Source: Camelus ferus (taxonomy: Eukaryota). From it: a stretch of 64,000 nucleotides of DNA. Numbering within the stretch: the first letter of the stretch is position 1; each line of letters starts with the position of its first letter. The stretch covers positions 16,928,001 to 16,992,000 of the forward strand of contig NC_045697.1 of NCBI RefSeq assembly GCF_009834535.1, read 5' to 3'. The notes below the pieces were generated by a model that was given only the letters and a program-made list of their open reading frames with translations, did no database searches and had not been told where the DNA came from. Of the stretch, positions 1-11,090 are shown piece after piece. The position numbers and the translations under genes are program-made.

Positions 1-220
1 CCCTACAGAGCACGAAGTTCTCAGAGGACCTACCCACAGCCTGCAGGATCACTGCTTCCTAATTTCCCTGGGTGGTTCCTGATGACTCAGCAAGAGCCTA
101 CATCTTAATTCTTGCACGAACGGTATCACTCGAGTTCCAGGAGTGAGTATTAAGGCCGGAGGACCTCAATACCACTGACTAGTTATGTGACCTGGGGCAA
201 TTTTCTTAACTCACTAAGCC

Positions 221-434
221 TTTTTGTTTTTAATTGAATTATAGTCGATTTATAATTTTGTGTTAATTTCAGGTGTACAGCATAGTGATTCATTTATACA
301 TATATATACCTTTTCATATTCTTTTTCATTATAGGCCATTAAAAGGTACTGAATGCAGTTTCCTGTGCTATCCAGTAGGACCTTGTCATTTATCTATTTT
401 ACACACAGTAGTTAGTATCTGCAAATCCCAAACT
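221..434 (-). mobile_element. L1 3' end fragment (cetartiodactyl-type), adjacent to a MIR piece at ~160-220
   Basis: T-rich tail followed by ttaatttcaggtgtacagcatagtgattca...tttcattatagg...ctgtgctat; reverse-complement similar to the L1 ends at 19400-20100. Confidence 0.85.
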
Positions 435-621
435 ACTTCTCTACAGTAGGAATTGTGTTATATGAGAATGAGCATATGTATGTAAATTATTTTATAATTT
501 GGTAATATAAAATATTTTAAAACTAATGACTAATTTAGATGCTGAACAAAGATATACCATCCCTCTCTGTCAAAATATCTCTTTGTGCTCAATGCCCTTA
601 CATCGCACATTCCACACCGGG

Positions 622-767
622 TCCCTAGGGTTGCTGTGACCGAGTACTGCAAAGTGGGTGGCTGAAAGACAACAGGAATTTATTCTGTCATAATTACAGG
701 AGGCTTAAAGTCTAACATCAAGGTGTCAGCAGGGCCACGCCCTCTCGCGGCTCTAGAAGAGGAATTC
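622..767 (-). mobile_element. MaLR LTR (MLT1-type) fragment
   Basis: ccctagggttgctgt...aacaggaatttattct...atcaaggtgtcagcagggcca resembles the reverse complement of the MLT1 3' end. Confidence 0.8.
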
Positions 768-1285
768 TGTGATGGTAAATTGTATGAGACAACTTGACCA
801 AACCACAAGGTATCCACATAATTGGTTAAATATTATTTCTGGGTGTGTCTGCGAGGGTGCTTCTGGCTGGGACTGGCACTTGAATTGGTAGACAGTGAAG
901 TGGATTGCCCTCCCCACTGTGGGTGAGCATCATCCAGTCCACTGAGGGTTTGGATAAAGCAAAAATACAGAGGAAAGAATACTTGCTCTCTCTGCCTGTT
1001 TGAGTGCAGACATCAGTCTTCTCCTGCCTCGGGTTGGGGTTTACACCATCAGCTCTCCTGGTCCTCAGACTGGAACTTACACCATCGGTTCTTTTGGTTC
1101 TCAGCCTTTGGACTCGGATTGGAACTACACCACCAGCTTTCCTGGGTCACCAGTTTGTAGACAGCAAATTGTGGGACTTTCCAGCCTCCGAAGTCACGAG
1201 AGTCACTTCCTTCTTCTCTCTCTCTCTCCATATACATATATGTATATTATTACACCCTAGATACTCTAAGATAATCCTGATTACA
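768..1285 (+). mobile_element. ERVL LTR (MLT2 family), near full length
   Basis: Starts tgtgatggtaaattgtatg...caacttgac; contains attatttctgggtgtgtctg, gtgggtgagcatcatccagtccactgaggg and ggaactacaccaccagctttcctggg. Confidence 0.85.
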
Positions 1286-1786
1286 AATATGTTGGCCCCA
1301 CAGCTTCACTTGTGCATGTCAAAATACATGTCCCAATCCTGGTTTCAGAAACAGGCTCACTATAAAATATAGGAATCAAAAGAAAAGAAAATGGGGTGTT
1401 TTGTTCTTCAAACTCTTCACTTTGCTTCATAAAATCTTTCTCCCATTCTGTTTCCTCTCTCAGTGAATGACAGTTGGGTGTTCTTAATCCTTTTATCCTC
1501 TCTCTCTTCTGCACTCCCAGCCACTAATTCGTAACCCTGTCCATTCAAACTCTTCCACATTTCTCAAATCAGCCTCCTCTTCCCCATCCCTCATACCACT
1601 CCCTTGGTTGGGACTCACTGTGTTTCACATTATTCAGATTACTTGTTAACTTGAATGTTTGGCCCCATCAATTCTTCTTCTGCCAGATTCATCTTTCTAA
1701 AATGCAAACTTGGTCATTCATTAGCTTCATTTACCTCAGCGACTATCTAGTGCCTTCAAGACTAAATCCAAGATTCTCAGCATGCC

Positions 1787-2207
1787 ATATGTGGCCAATA
1801 CTGCTGGCTGTGGGTTCATCAAAACTCATTTTCTCTTCTCCTGGGTGTACAGCTGGTGGTCATTGACTAGCTATCCTTGCAGTTAGTTGTGACCATGTGA
1901 GTGTGTTTTTAGACAATGCAACATAAAACAAAATGACATTTGCTATATCCAATATGGTCCATAAAAGTCTCCCAAGCCATCCGCCATGCTCTCACTTCGT
2001 CAGTCTGCCTCTGGATGCAGAGGGGCTGCTCCAGGGCTCTGGGGAGGGGACCCTAAGAAATGGTAGAGCCATGAGATGGAGGAAACCTAGGCTTCTTACA
2101 TGATATTGAAAGCTACCTGCTACTTGAGTGACGTATTCATTTCTATTATGTTAAGTTGCTACGATGTGATAATTATTACAGCCATGTGTGTACTCTGACC
2201 AATATAA
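1787..2207 (+). mobile_element. Old ERVL/MaLR-type LTR (LTR16-like)
   Basis: ctcctgggtgtacagct...ccttgcagttagttgtgaccatgtga...gagccatgagatggaggaaacctagg motif order is typical of this class; lies among L2-like fragments. Confidence 0.6.
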
Positions 2208-2389
2208 CATTTGAGGCTCTCATTTTTCTAGCCCCTACCTACCTCTCCTATCTCATCATTCATCCATTATTCCTTTGCATCCTATACCATCTTTTTGCTT
2301 CAGTGAACTACTATGGTCCTCCAAACTCATTATTTCCCTCTTGACTTTGGTTTCATTAGAGTAATGCTCTCTCTACTTAAAAGAACCCT

Positions 2390-2545
2390 ATAAGATAGAC
2401 TGGTATTTATACTTTTTTTTACATATAAGGAAACTTAAGTCTTAGAAAAGTTAAGTTCCTTGTCAGATTGCCAACTAGTATGTAGCTGAGTCACGATCTG
2501 AACCCAAGTAGATGAATACAGGATCCCTGCACTTAACCATTAGTT
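2390..2545 (-). mobile_element. MIR SINE fragment
   Basis: tttacatataaggaaactta...gttaagttccttgtc...atctgaacccaag...cttaacca resembles the MIR core. Confidence 0.7.
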
Positions 2546-3971
2546 CATGAATCAATAAATGCTTTGTAATGAGTCCTTCTTGGCCAACAGCAGAAAAGTC
2601 CTCAAGGTCTAGCGATCGCCAGGCCCATCCCAGGCCACTCTGAAGGCTCAGACATCATTCAGAAATTCTATTCATGAACACACAGAGAAGCTATATAATC
2701 TCCCATGCTTAATGTCACTCTTAATCTTACAGGGCAGAAAGTTAATAACATCATTCCTTGGAGGTAACATAAACACTTAAAATGTGTTCTTTCCAACTCT
2801 TCAGCCTTTACACTTCACTTCCTGCCTTTTCTGGTTCAGTGTCATTGAACGTAGTGGGTAAATGGGCAAATATATATCTCCAGACCATACTAAGCATGTC
2901 TTTTGATGTGCTCAAGTTCCAAAATGAATGTCACTCATGTTACAACCTCTCAGGTGCTTAGAAGTATTAGCAATTTCCCTTTTCCTTTGCTATTTTTTTC
3001 TCTAGGCTATCTATGCTATATTACTTCAATCTCTCTTCATACAGTAAGTCATGCCCTCTAATCCATTTATCATTCTCGTCATCCTTGCTGGCAGTATTTC
3101 CTTTTCATCTTTTTTTGAAAGCAAAATGGTGCCTTAACAAATGCACACATATACAAACACGCACTTCACAATCTCAGGCGTTCCAGAACCGGTCTTTCCA
3201 TCAGAAACCTCCCTTGACAACAGCTGACATAATTTGGGGCCCGCCTCTTCCTCAGCTCTGCTCTTTGGTCAACGTTTCACTTTTCTACCTAGATCTGTCC
3301 TCATTTTTGCCTGATTATCTTCAATAATCAGAAGTGGCTCTTTGATCTGCTATAATATACATAAGTAAACACATTTTATGGCTCATTTTTTTTTAACTCA
3401 AGAATTCCAAAGAGTGATGAATATAAGCAAGGACAAATGGACCCTTGCAGCACCCTGTGAAAGTCAGAGTTCAGACAGGGTTCAAGCCAGTCTTTCCAAT
3501 ACTGATGAAATGTAGCTCATCCCAAATGGTGCCTTTGAGAACTTTGTCTACACCCAACCTGAGCCTAGAGAATTTATGAAGGACAGAAAATTTTTTGCAT
3601 AGCCATTTATCTTTTTATAACTTCCTCCAAGCTGTCCACAGATCTTATTTTGCACCCAGTGTTACACTCCAATCTTAGACACCAACTTCTTCCAATCTAT
3701 CAGGCAATTAATTTGACAAACTAATGGAAATTAAAGAAAAAACTTCCTATCTTTAGTCAACATATGACATCTCTGAACCTCAGTTTGTTCATATGTAAAA
3801 TGGAGATGGTATTCTGCTTTCTGTATCTCTGCATGTAGGGAACTCTCAGTTATTATATTTGCTTGTTATAGGGACAATACATTAATTTTCACAGTCTCTT
3901 CCCTTAATCTTTCTATCCCCAAGGAAAATTCTAGTATTGGTATGTTCTCCTCCTATGAGGTCCTAGGCCAT

Positions 3972-3973
<2 letters not shown>

Positions 3974-4014
<41 letters not shown>

Positions 4015-4020
4015 GTAGAT
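3974..4020 (+). repeat. (GATA)n microsatellite
   Basis: Direct read of gatagatagata... Confidence 0.97.
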
Positions 4021-5429
4021 AATTAGAATAATGAGTGAAGGAAAAACCCTGAGAAGGCCTGAAGAAAGGATTTACTCTGGAACAGAAGAAAGCTAATAGG
4101 CCCAGGAATAGGGTAGAGGAATAAGGCAGTAGTTTCCTGGTGTGGACTTGGGGGAAATTCTAGGGAAGGATGGAGAGAGGAGTATTTGAGGGGAATGGCT
4201 AATGTTTATCTGAAAGACAAGACAGGAAGAGAGGAAAGAAGCTGTGGATATTAAGCGTGTCCTACTTCCTGAGCATCTGTTGGATAGATAACAATGAAAA
4301 CGTAAATCAATGTCAACGACTAGTTTCCTTTGACGTGAGCCTTGCCACGGCTGCTCTTTGAGAGGTTTTTGGCTTTATGAAGATTGTATGTAGATTATTC
4401 ACTTTTCCATTATCCAAGGCCACGGTTGGTTCCATCTTCCCCAATCCAGAACTGCCCACTTCAACTTCTGCAGGCCCTTTCAAGACACTGGCTCCCAACC
4501 TTAGTCAATGTCCACCCAGGGATTTCAGAAGGACATTAGCAAATATAATTAGAAGTTCTGTTCTCCCACTGTGAAGGGGACGGGACAAGCACAGAAGCAC
4601 TTCAAAAGCAAACCCATAGTTTGAGGATTATCCCCAAATTTGATTCATCTGAACTCTCCTCCATAAGCGTGTTTAATCAAGGACTGACTGTGTGGAGAAT
4701 TGCATATTTCCATGGTTTCTAATGTTCATTCTCTGGTTTTTCTGAAGCTTTTTTTTTTCTCATGAATTACTCTCTTGTTAGCTATTTAAGAACCCTTGGA
4801 ATAGACAATATGACCTTACTGATTTGTATGGTATAGTTTAGTGACTAGAGTATTCTTTTATTTAGCCTCTTATGTAGCTTCCTGACTCTCCCACCAAAAA
4901 TCTCCTTGACTCTGCCTCCTCTAAGCTTCTCCTCTGTGTAATTTAGTTAAAGGGATAGGCCAATTAATTGCAAATTCATCCCTCACATCACAGTTCTCTA
5001 GTAGCCTGGCTTCCCTCTTTACATGAAGTGGCCTGTCTGGCCTCTTGTTCTCCTTCACATTCTAATTCTACAGCATAGGAGAAATATTTGAGTTGTGGTT
5101 GTTCTTGGCATTGTGGAATCTATTTCTGCAAAATGCAAATTGTCCGAGGCAAGTCTGATCCTTAAACACTCATTAACAAAAGCAATTTTATCAGTCTTTT
5201 TACCAAATCCAATAAACATTTCATTTAGAACCTAGTCTTCTTACAGAACTCTATTCATTCATTCAAATGTTTTACTGAATTCCAGGTAGTGTACTAAGAA
5301 CAAGGAATACGACAAAAGATATGGCTCCTGTTCCCTGGAAAGGGGTTTCAAAGGATATATATTCATGTTTGAAAAAAGATGGAACACATTTTTTAAAGGC
5401 TATCTTCCATCATAAGTGATACAACAGTA

Positions 5430-5670
5430 ATGATGGCTTTTTATTGTGCACTCACTCTACCCGGCTCTCTCTGAGCTAAAGGCTGTTATCTTCAATTTTT
5501 TTTTTTGATACTCACTACATCTTATAAGTTAAGTGCTATTATTACCCCCTCCCCATTCTACAGATAAGAAATAGAGGATCAAAGGAAATGAAGGCACTAG
5601 CTTAAATTAAATAGCTCACCAGTGGTAGAACTAGAATTCATGTATTCAGTGTCTGCATTCTTAAGTTCTA
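5430..5670 (-). mobile_element. MIR SINE
   Basis: ccccattctacagataagaaatagagg...gtggtagaactagaattca. Confidence 0.7.
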
Positions 5671-7059
5671 AAAATGTAGCTTAAGCATGAGTCTGTCTAG
5701 CGAGTTGTAGGCACACAATCAATGCTTGGTTAACTGTTAGTAAGAAGAGGGGCTGGGAAGACAACAATGTGGCTTAGACAGCAAGTGCGAGCCAAGAAGC
5801 AATGGGGACGTGCAAGCCGAGGGAGTGGCTGTGGCCGCCTCTGGAGGCCAGGGGATAGAATGAGCTCTGATACCTGCAGAGAAGGGGGAAAGTCACTGAA
5901 GGCTTCTGAGCAGGGGAGAAACTTGGCGAGTGTGTCAGCCTGGGACAGCCATTCTCAGCAGTGATGGGCACAAAGTATTGAAAACTGGAAGTCTCGAGAT
6001 TAATTACAAGAAAAGAACAGTAGTCCCTGGGTGGGATAATAGGAGCTGAACAAAGCAGATGGGCATCACGGAAAAACAATGGTCAAGGTTTGGATACTGG
6101 GCATTGTTGGAGGGCGTCCACAGCGATTCTGAGGTTCTGAAGCTCATGACTATTGCTGTCATCACAGAAAATCATCTAAGTCAGGGAGAGGTGTCAGTTT
6201 GGGCTTGACAAAATGGGTGGTTCACAATAGGCACTCAGATGCTCTTACATTGAATGAAAGGATGAATGAATGGATGAGTGAACGGATGAGTGAATGACAC
6301 GTTTTTGAGAAACTGAGGTGGAGGGAACAGCAGAGCCTCTCAAGTAGAATCAGACGCCACAGAATTGTCCCTGGAAACAGCCTACATTCTCTGTGTGCGT
6401 CTTTTTTTTTTTTAATTTGCCATTGTCGTAGCCAAGCAGAACTACTGTCCCTCCGTTTTTCCACATTATCTTTATAACTCTCCTTCTGAGCTATAATAAT
6501 TAATATAATAAGAATAATAGGAAAAGATAATGTGGTAAATAAATATTCAGATACATAAATGTATGGAAGTAATTCCCAAGACACCTCCCTGCTGTGCAGC
6601 CAGATATAAATCTATTTTTTTAATCCAGCACGATTTCTCATTCTCTGAGAATAAGAAGTTCTCTGGTAACAAGTGGCCCAACCTACACCTCTATCCAGTC
6701 AATGCGAGGTTTTGTAACGCTCCTTCAGAATATAAGTCAAATATAGGACCCAAAGGGTTATGCGAATAATCTAAGGAATTAGTCTTATGTTGTGGCCTGG
6801 CCATGAGGCACATGTGCAAAGGGCAAAATAGAAGAGGAAATGGAATAAAGTGGCTGAAAAGTCACATTCATACAAGTCTAGGCACCAGCTTTGACAACCA
6901 CCAGCACTGTGCCTTAGGAGTGTAGCCTAAATGAAAGGTAAAAGGTGAGGAACAACGGGAAAAAATAACACAGGGTCCATCAATCGTAAATCCCTGACAC
7001 CATTAAAAATGGAATTCCAGGTGGACCCACCCATCCATCCAAACACTATCTTTACAGTG

Positions 7060-7280
7060 AATAAGAATGAAGGTTTTAAAGTCAGATGGAGCTGAGCTTC
7101 AACCTCAGCCACTATTGCTGTTAACCGAGAGTCGGCACAGGGGATGCTTTGCTCCCCTGCACCTCAGTTTCCTCCTTTGTAATGTGGAGATAAAGCCTCG
7201 GGTTCTTTGTGAGGATTAAATAAGATAATGTGCTCAAACTCAGCATCTGCCTGGGGCGCAGTGAATTGCTCAATAAACTG
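7060..7280 (+). mobile_element. MIR SINE
   Basis: cctcagtttcctcctttgtaatgtggagataa...tgtgaggattaaataagataatg...gctcaataaa. Confidence 0.8.
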
Positions 7281-8359
7281 CAGCTGCTTTTTACACCGTG
7301 ATCGGACTGTGCCTGGTACCCAGGAGAACCCAAAAAAGTCCAGGTCTTGCTCATTCAATCCCCCGACTCCCCACCAGCTGCAGCCAACCAACCCGCTAGC
7401 TGTGACGCTGCCTCAATCAACAGAACACCACGCAGATATAAAGGGGATGAGAAAATGTGTGGAGTAAATGAGAAAAATATACCCTAGTTCCTGGTCTAGC
7501 ATCACGGCTGCTCTGGATTAAGGAGATTTGGGTCATCAGCTCACCAGTGTTGCTCAAAGCAGTGTCGACTTCTCTAATGGAGAAGGGATTAGAGGACAGA
7601 ACCAGCTGTTGGAGGTACTGGAATTATAAGAATCTGAACGTGATTTTTAAGAAGAGATATCCTAAGGAGAAAAAAAAAATGCTCATTTTTAGATACAGCG
7701 TTATTTGCTCCTGGAGATAGGTGGTCTCTGGGAGGGAATGTAACAGATTCCTTCTTAATATCTTTTCTCGAAAAAAAAATTATGTGGGCACTTAAAACAT
7801 ATGTTTGTTTGAGGAAGTAACCCATCTGAGATGACAACCTAACACTGATGTCCTGGAAAAAAAGGAGAGGTTTGGGGAGATGTTTATTCTATTTGAATTT
7901 TCAACTTTATGTTCTACGTATGTCTATTTCGGGTTTTTAAATACTGCTCTCTTCTCCCTGCCACTAATCTTATTTGTACTCTGGAATAAGTTACACTGTA
8001 GATGGGTGCTTGAAAATATCTTTTCAACTGAGTAAAAAAAAATTACATAATTTACATTTTACATACATATTTAACCCTCTTGGTAAAAACATAATCTCAC
8101 TCAACTGGCAAATGAGTTACTATTAACATACTTTATTAATAGGAGAAAGCTTATTTAAATTAAGAAATGCTCTCTCTTTAGAACTTGAAGTCAGTGCATA
8201 GCACCTAGCAGTTGTGCTATAAGGTATATTTCACAAGCTGTCTGAATCCAAGAAACGGTCATGAAATGAGTGATGCTTTTAAGCAGGAGGATGACTCTGC
8301 CGTAGCGGGAGTCGTTACTGCAGAAGTAACAATAGGAACTGTCACAGCAGCAGCAGTAA

Positions 8360-8590
8360 TAATAGAGTCACAGTATTACTAACTCACCACAGGCATTGTC
8401 CTAAACGTGTCATACATGTCATCACATTTAAACCTCGCGACCCCCTGAATTTTTATTACTATCCCATTTTACAGATGAAGAAGTTGGGGCACAACAAGGA
8501 GGTTAAGTATTGCCCCAGATCACACAGCTATTAAGTGGCCGAGGTGGAATTTAAAGTGAAAAAGACTTAAGAACCCAGGATGTTTAACAC
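8360..8590 (-). mobile_element. MIR SINE
   Basis: atcccattttacagatgaagaagttggggcac...ggttaagtattgccccagatcacacagcta. Confidence 0.85.
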
Positions 8591-9489
8591 TTCTCTGGAC
8601 CGCACCTCGTTGACATGACTGCAGGAAGGTGAGCTCGGATTCCAGCCCGTGCCTGTGTGATTCTAGAATGCACACTCTAAGATTTCAGTTGCTTTTTAGG
8701 AGGCCCCCATGTCCTGTGGGCAAATATTGTCCTGACAGACCAGTCTCATGATTTCAGAGTACATAACCAGCCATCTTTATCCAAGAAGTAGCTATCAATT
8801 AGGTCTGGGTAGTAATGGAAAGTAAAATAAATGTGCATCCGGAAAGGGGTTCCATAGGCCTCAGTTGAGAACCTCGCTCCTTTCCAGAGTGAAAGTGGGA
8901 GGGAAGAAAGGAAGGAGAGAGAGAAAAGAGAAAGGAACGAGAAAATGTTTACTACACAGCCATTAAATGCCAGGAAAAGTACTGAGCACTTTATATATAA
9001 GAACTCATTGCACTGAAGCACAGTGTTCAGAAAAAGAAACACAAACGTGATCAAAAGACCGTATTAACACACAGAAAGATTAAGAAAACTAGTTTGACTT
9101 GTTACTAACAAGTCAGCCATGTATTTTGCAGATTAGAGAGCTTTAGTTGGGAGAGCTTCAATGCAATGCCACAAGTTAACACTAAATCCGAGACCGGACC
9201 AGTCCACTGGTTTTCCCTCTGCCCCAGTCTCCATGTTTACATTCAATTCAGGAGAGGCATCTTTGCTGCGTTCTCCGCTGGTGCCTGGCACCAGATCACA
9301 TCTCAGCTGAGATATGCCATCCCCAGGATTGATCAGTGACAGAGTCGTCAGTCTGAATCAGAGACACCCCTTGTCTGACTGGACCAAAGGTAGTCATGGT
9401 GGGTACCAAGCTTGACTTTCTAATGTACATAAAAGATTTCACTTGCTCTCACTCTTTCTTTCGGGAGAAGAGGATGGATATTATGAGCC

Positions 9490-9610
9490 AAACATTTGTA
9501 TTCCCATTTTATCGACAAGAAAACTGAGTCTCAAAGAAGTGAATATATTTACTTAAGGTTACTTAGCTAGGAAGTGGCAAACTTGGGGCTCAGCTACAGG
9601 ACTGCTATCA
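9490..9610 (-). mobile_element. MIR fragment
   Basis: cccattttatcgacaagaaaactgagtctcaaagaagtgaa...ctaggaagtggca. Confidence 0.7.
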
Positions 9611-10129
9611 CTGGTGGCAATGAAATGCGTATGTTTATGTGTAAGCCTTTTACGTTGGCTCTAAGGTAATACTCTCTGGGCTACCAATTTTTCTTTATAA
9701 AGACATGTTCTGCTTAGGCTGACAGAAAACAGCCACTCTCCCCCTGACCCTAGGAGGGTCACCAGGTCGGCTCCTACTTGCCCAGTTAGGGAAATATTAT
9801 GGTGCAGAGAATAAAGTGTCCCATTTTTGTTTAGCTTAGTTCTCCTTTGTTTTCCTCAGAATACTAAAAGGAGAATATCTTCTTTGCGCTCATATACAAT
9901 ATGCAGAGCTGTTTCCTTGAGAAAGTATGTGGCAATTTTAGCCATTAAATGAAAACTTAAAAGCCTCCAATTCTCTGTTGATACACTGTCAATATAGCCA
10001 GAACAGGGAAACATAGAACAGGGACCTTACTTTTCCTAGAATGACTCTAATGGCAGCTAGATTTGAGTTAACCAGCTGTGTAGCCTTGAACAATTTCTTT
10101 GACATCCCCAAGCCTAAATGTCCTGGTCT

Positions 10130-10315
10130 TTTCCCCCCTAATTGTATTGAAATATAATTGGCAGATAAATTTGTAAGATATTTAAAGTGTACCACATGAT
10201 GACTTGATTTTTGTTTACATTGTGAGAGGATTTCCCCTCCGTTGAGTTAATAAACACATCCATCGCCTCACATATTCACCTCTTTTTTTGCATGAGAATA
10301 TTTAAGTTCAATTTT
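10130..10315 (-). mobile_element. L1 (L1MA/MB-like) 3' end inserted into a + strand MIR spanning ~10030-10385
   Basis: tattgaaatataattggca...atatttaaagtgtac...acatccatcgcctcacat. The MIR halves flank it: agctgtgtagccttgaacaa on the left, ctttaaaatgaggaaaataatac...ggttgtgagg on the right. Confidence 0.7.
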
Positions 10316-10387
10316 CTGATCTTTAAAATGAGGAAAATAATACTTCCCCCTGCCCAGGGTGGTTGTGAGGCATCCAAAGTTCTTAGG

Positions 10388-11090
10388 ATAGTACCTTGCA
10401 CCTGATAGGATGGCTACTACCAAAAAGGCAGAAAACAACACATGTTGGACAGCATGTGGAGAAATTGGAACCCTTGTGCTCTGTTGGTGAAAATGTAAAA
10501 TGGTGTCACGGCTGTGGAACACTATATGGAAGTTTCTCAAAAAATTAAAAATAGAATTACCATATGATCCAGTAACTCCACTTCTGCGTATCTATCCAAA
10601 TGAATTGAAAGAAGGACCTCAAAGAGAGATTTGATACCCGTGCTCATGGCAGCGTTATTCACAACAGCCAAAAAGTAGAAGCAACTGAAGTGTCCATCAA
10701 CGGATGAAAGGAAAGGCAAAGTGTGGTATACGCATCTAGGAGAATATGATTTGGTCTTAAAAAGAAAGGAGATTCTGACACATGCTACAATATAGCGGAA
10801 CCTCAAAGGCATCATGCTAAGTGAAATAAGCCAGTCACAAAAATACTGTAAGATTCCACTTACATGAGAAACCTAGAAAAGTCAAATTCATAGAAAGTAG
10901 AATGGTGGTTTCCAGGAGCTGGAGGAACAAAGAATGGGGAATTATAGTTTTATGGGTTCAGAGTTTCAGTTTTGCAAGCTGAAAAGAGTTCTGGAGATGG
11001 ACGGTGGTGATGGTTGCACAAAGAAGGTGAATATACTTAATACCACTTAAAAATATACTTAAAAATGGTTAAGATAACCATTTTTTTAAA
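10388..11090 (+). mobile_element. L1MB-like 3' portion (ORF2 C-terminus plus 3' UTR), degenerate
   Basis: gtggagaaattggaaccc...aaaatagaattaccatatgatccag...atgctaagtgaaataagccagtcacaaaa...cttaaaaatggttaagat. Confidence 0.92.

Noticed and set aside
1040..1150. Three short direct repeats (tacaccatc...ctggtcctcag...ggaact), superficially array-like
   Set aside because: They lie inside the MLT2 LTR, which as I recall has this internal repetition; eukaryotic DNA, not CRISPR.
10268..10815. ORFs resembling commonly predicted 'hypothetical proteins' (MRNFHIVFHS...; likewise 18780-19055 and 19899-20084)
   Set aside because: These are antisense translations of L1 3' ends.
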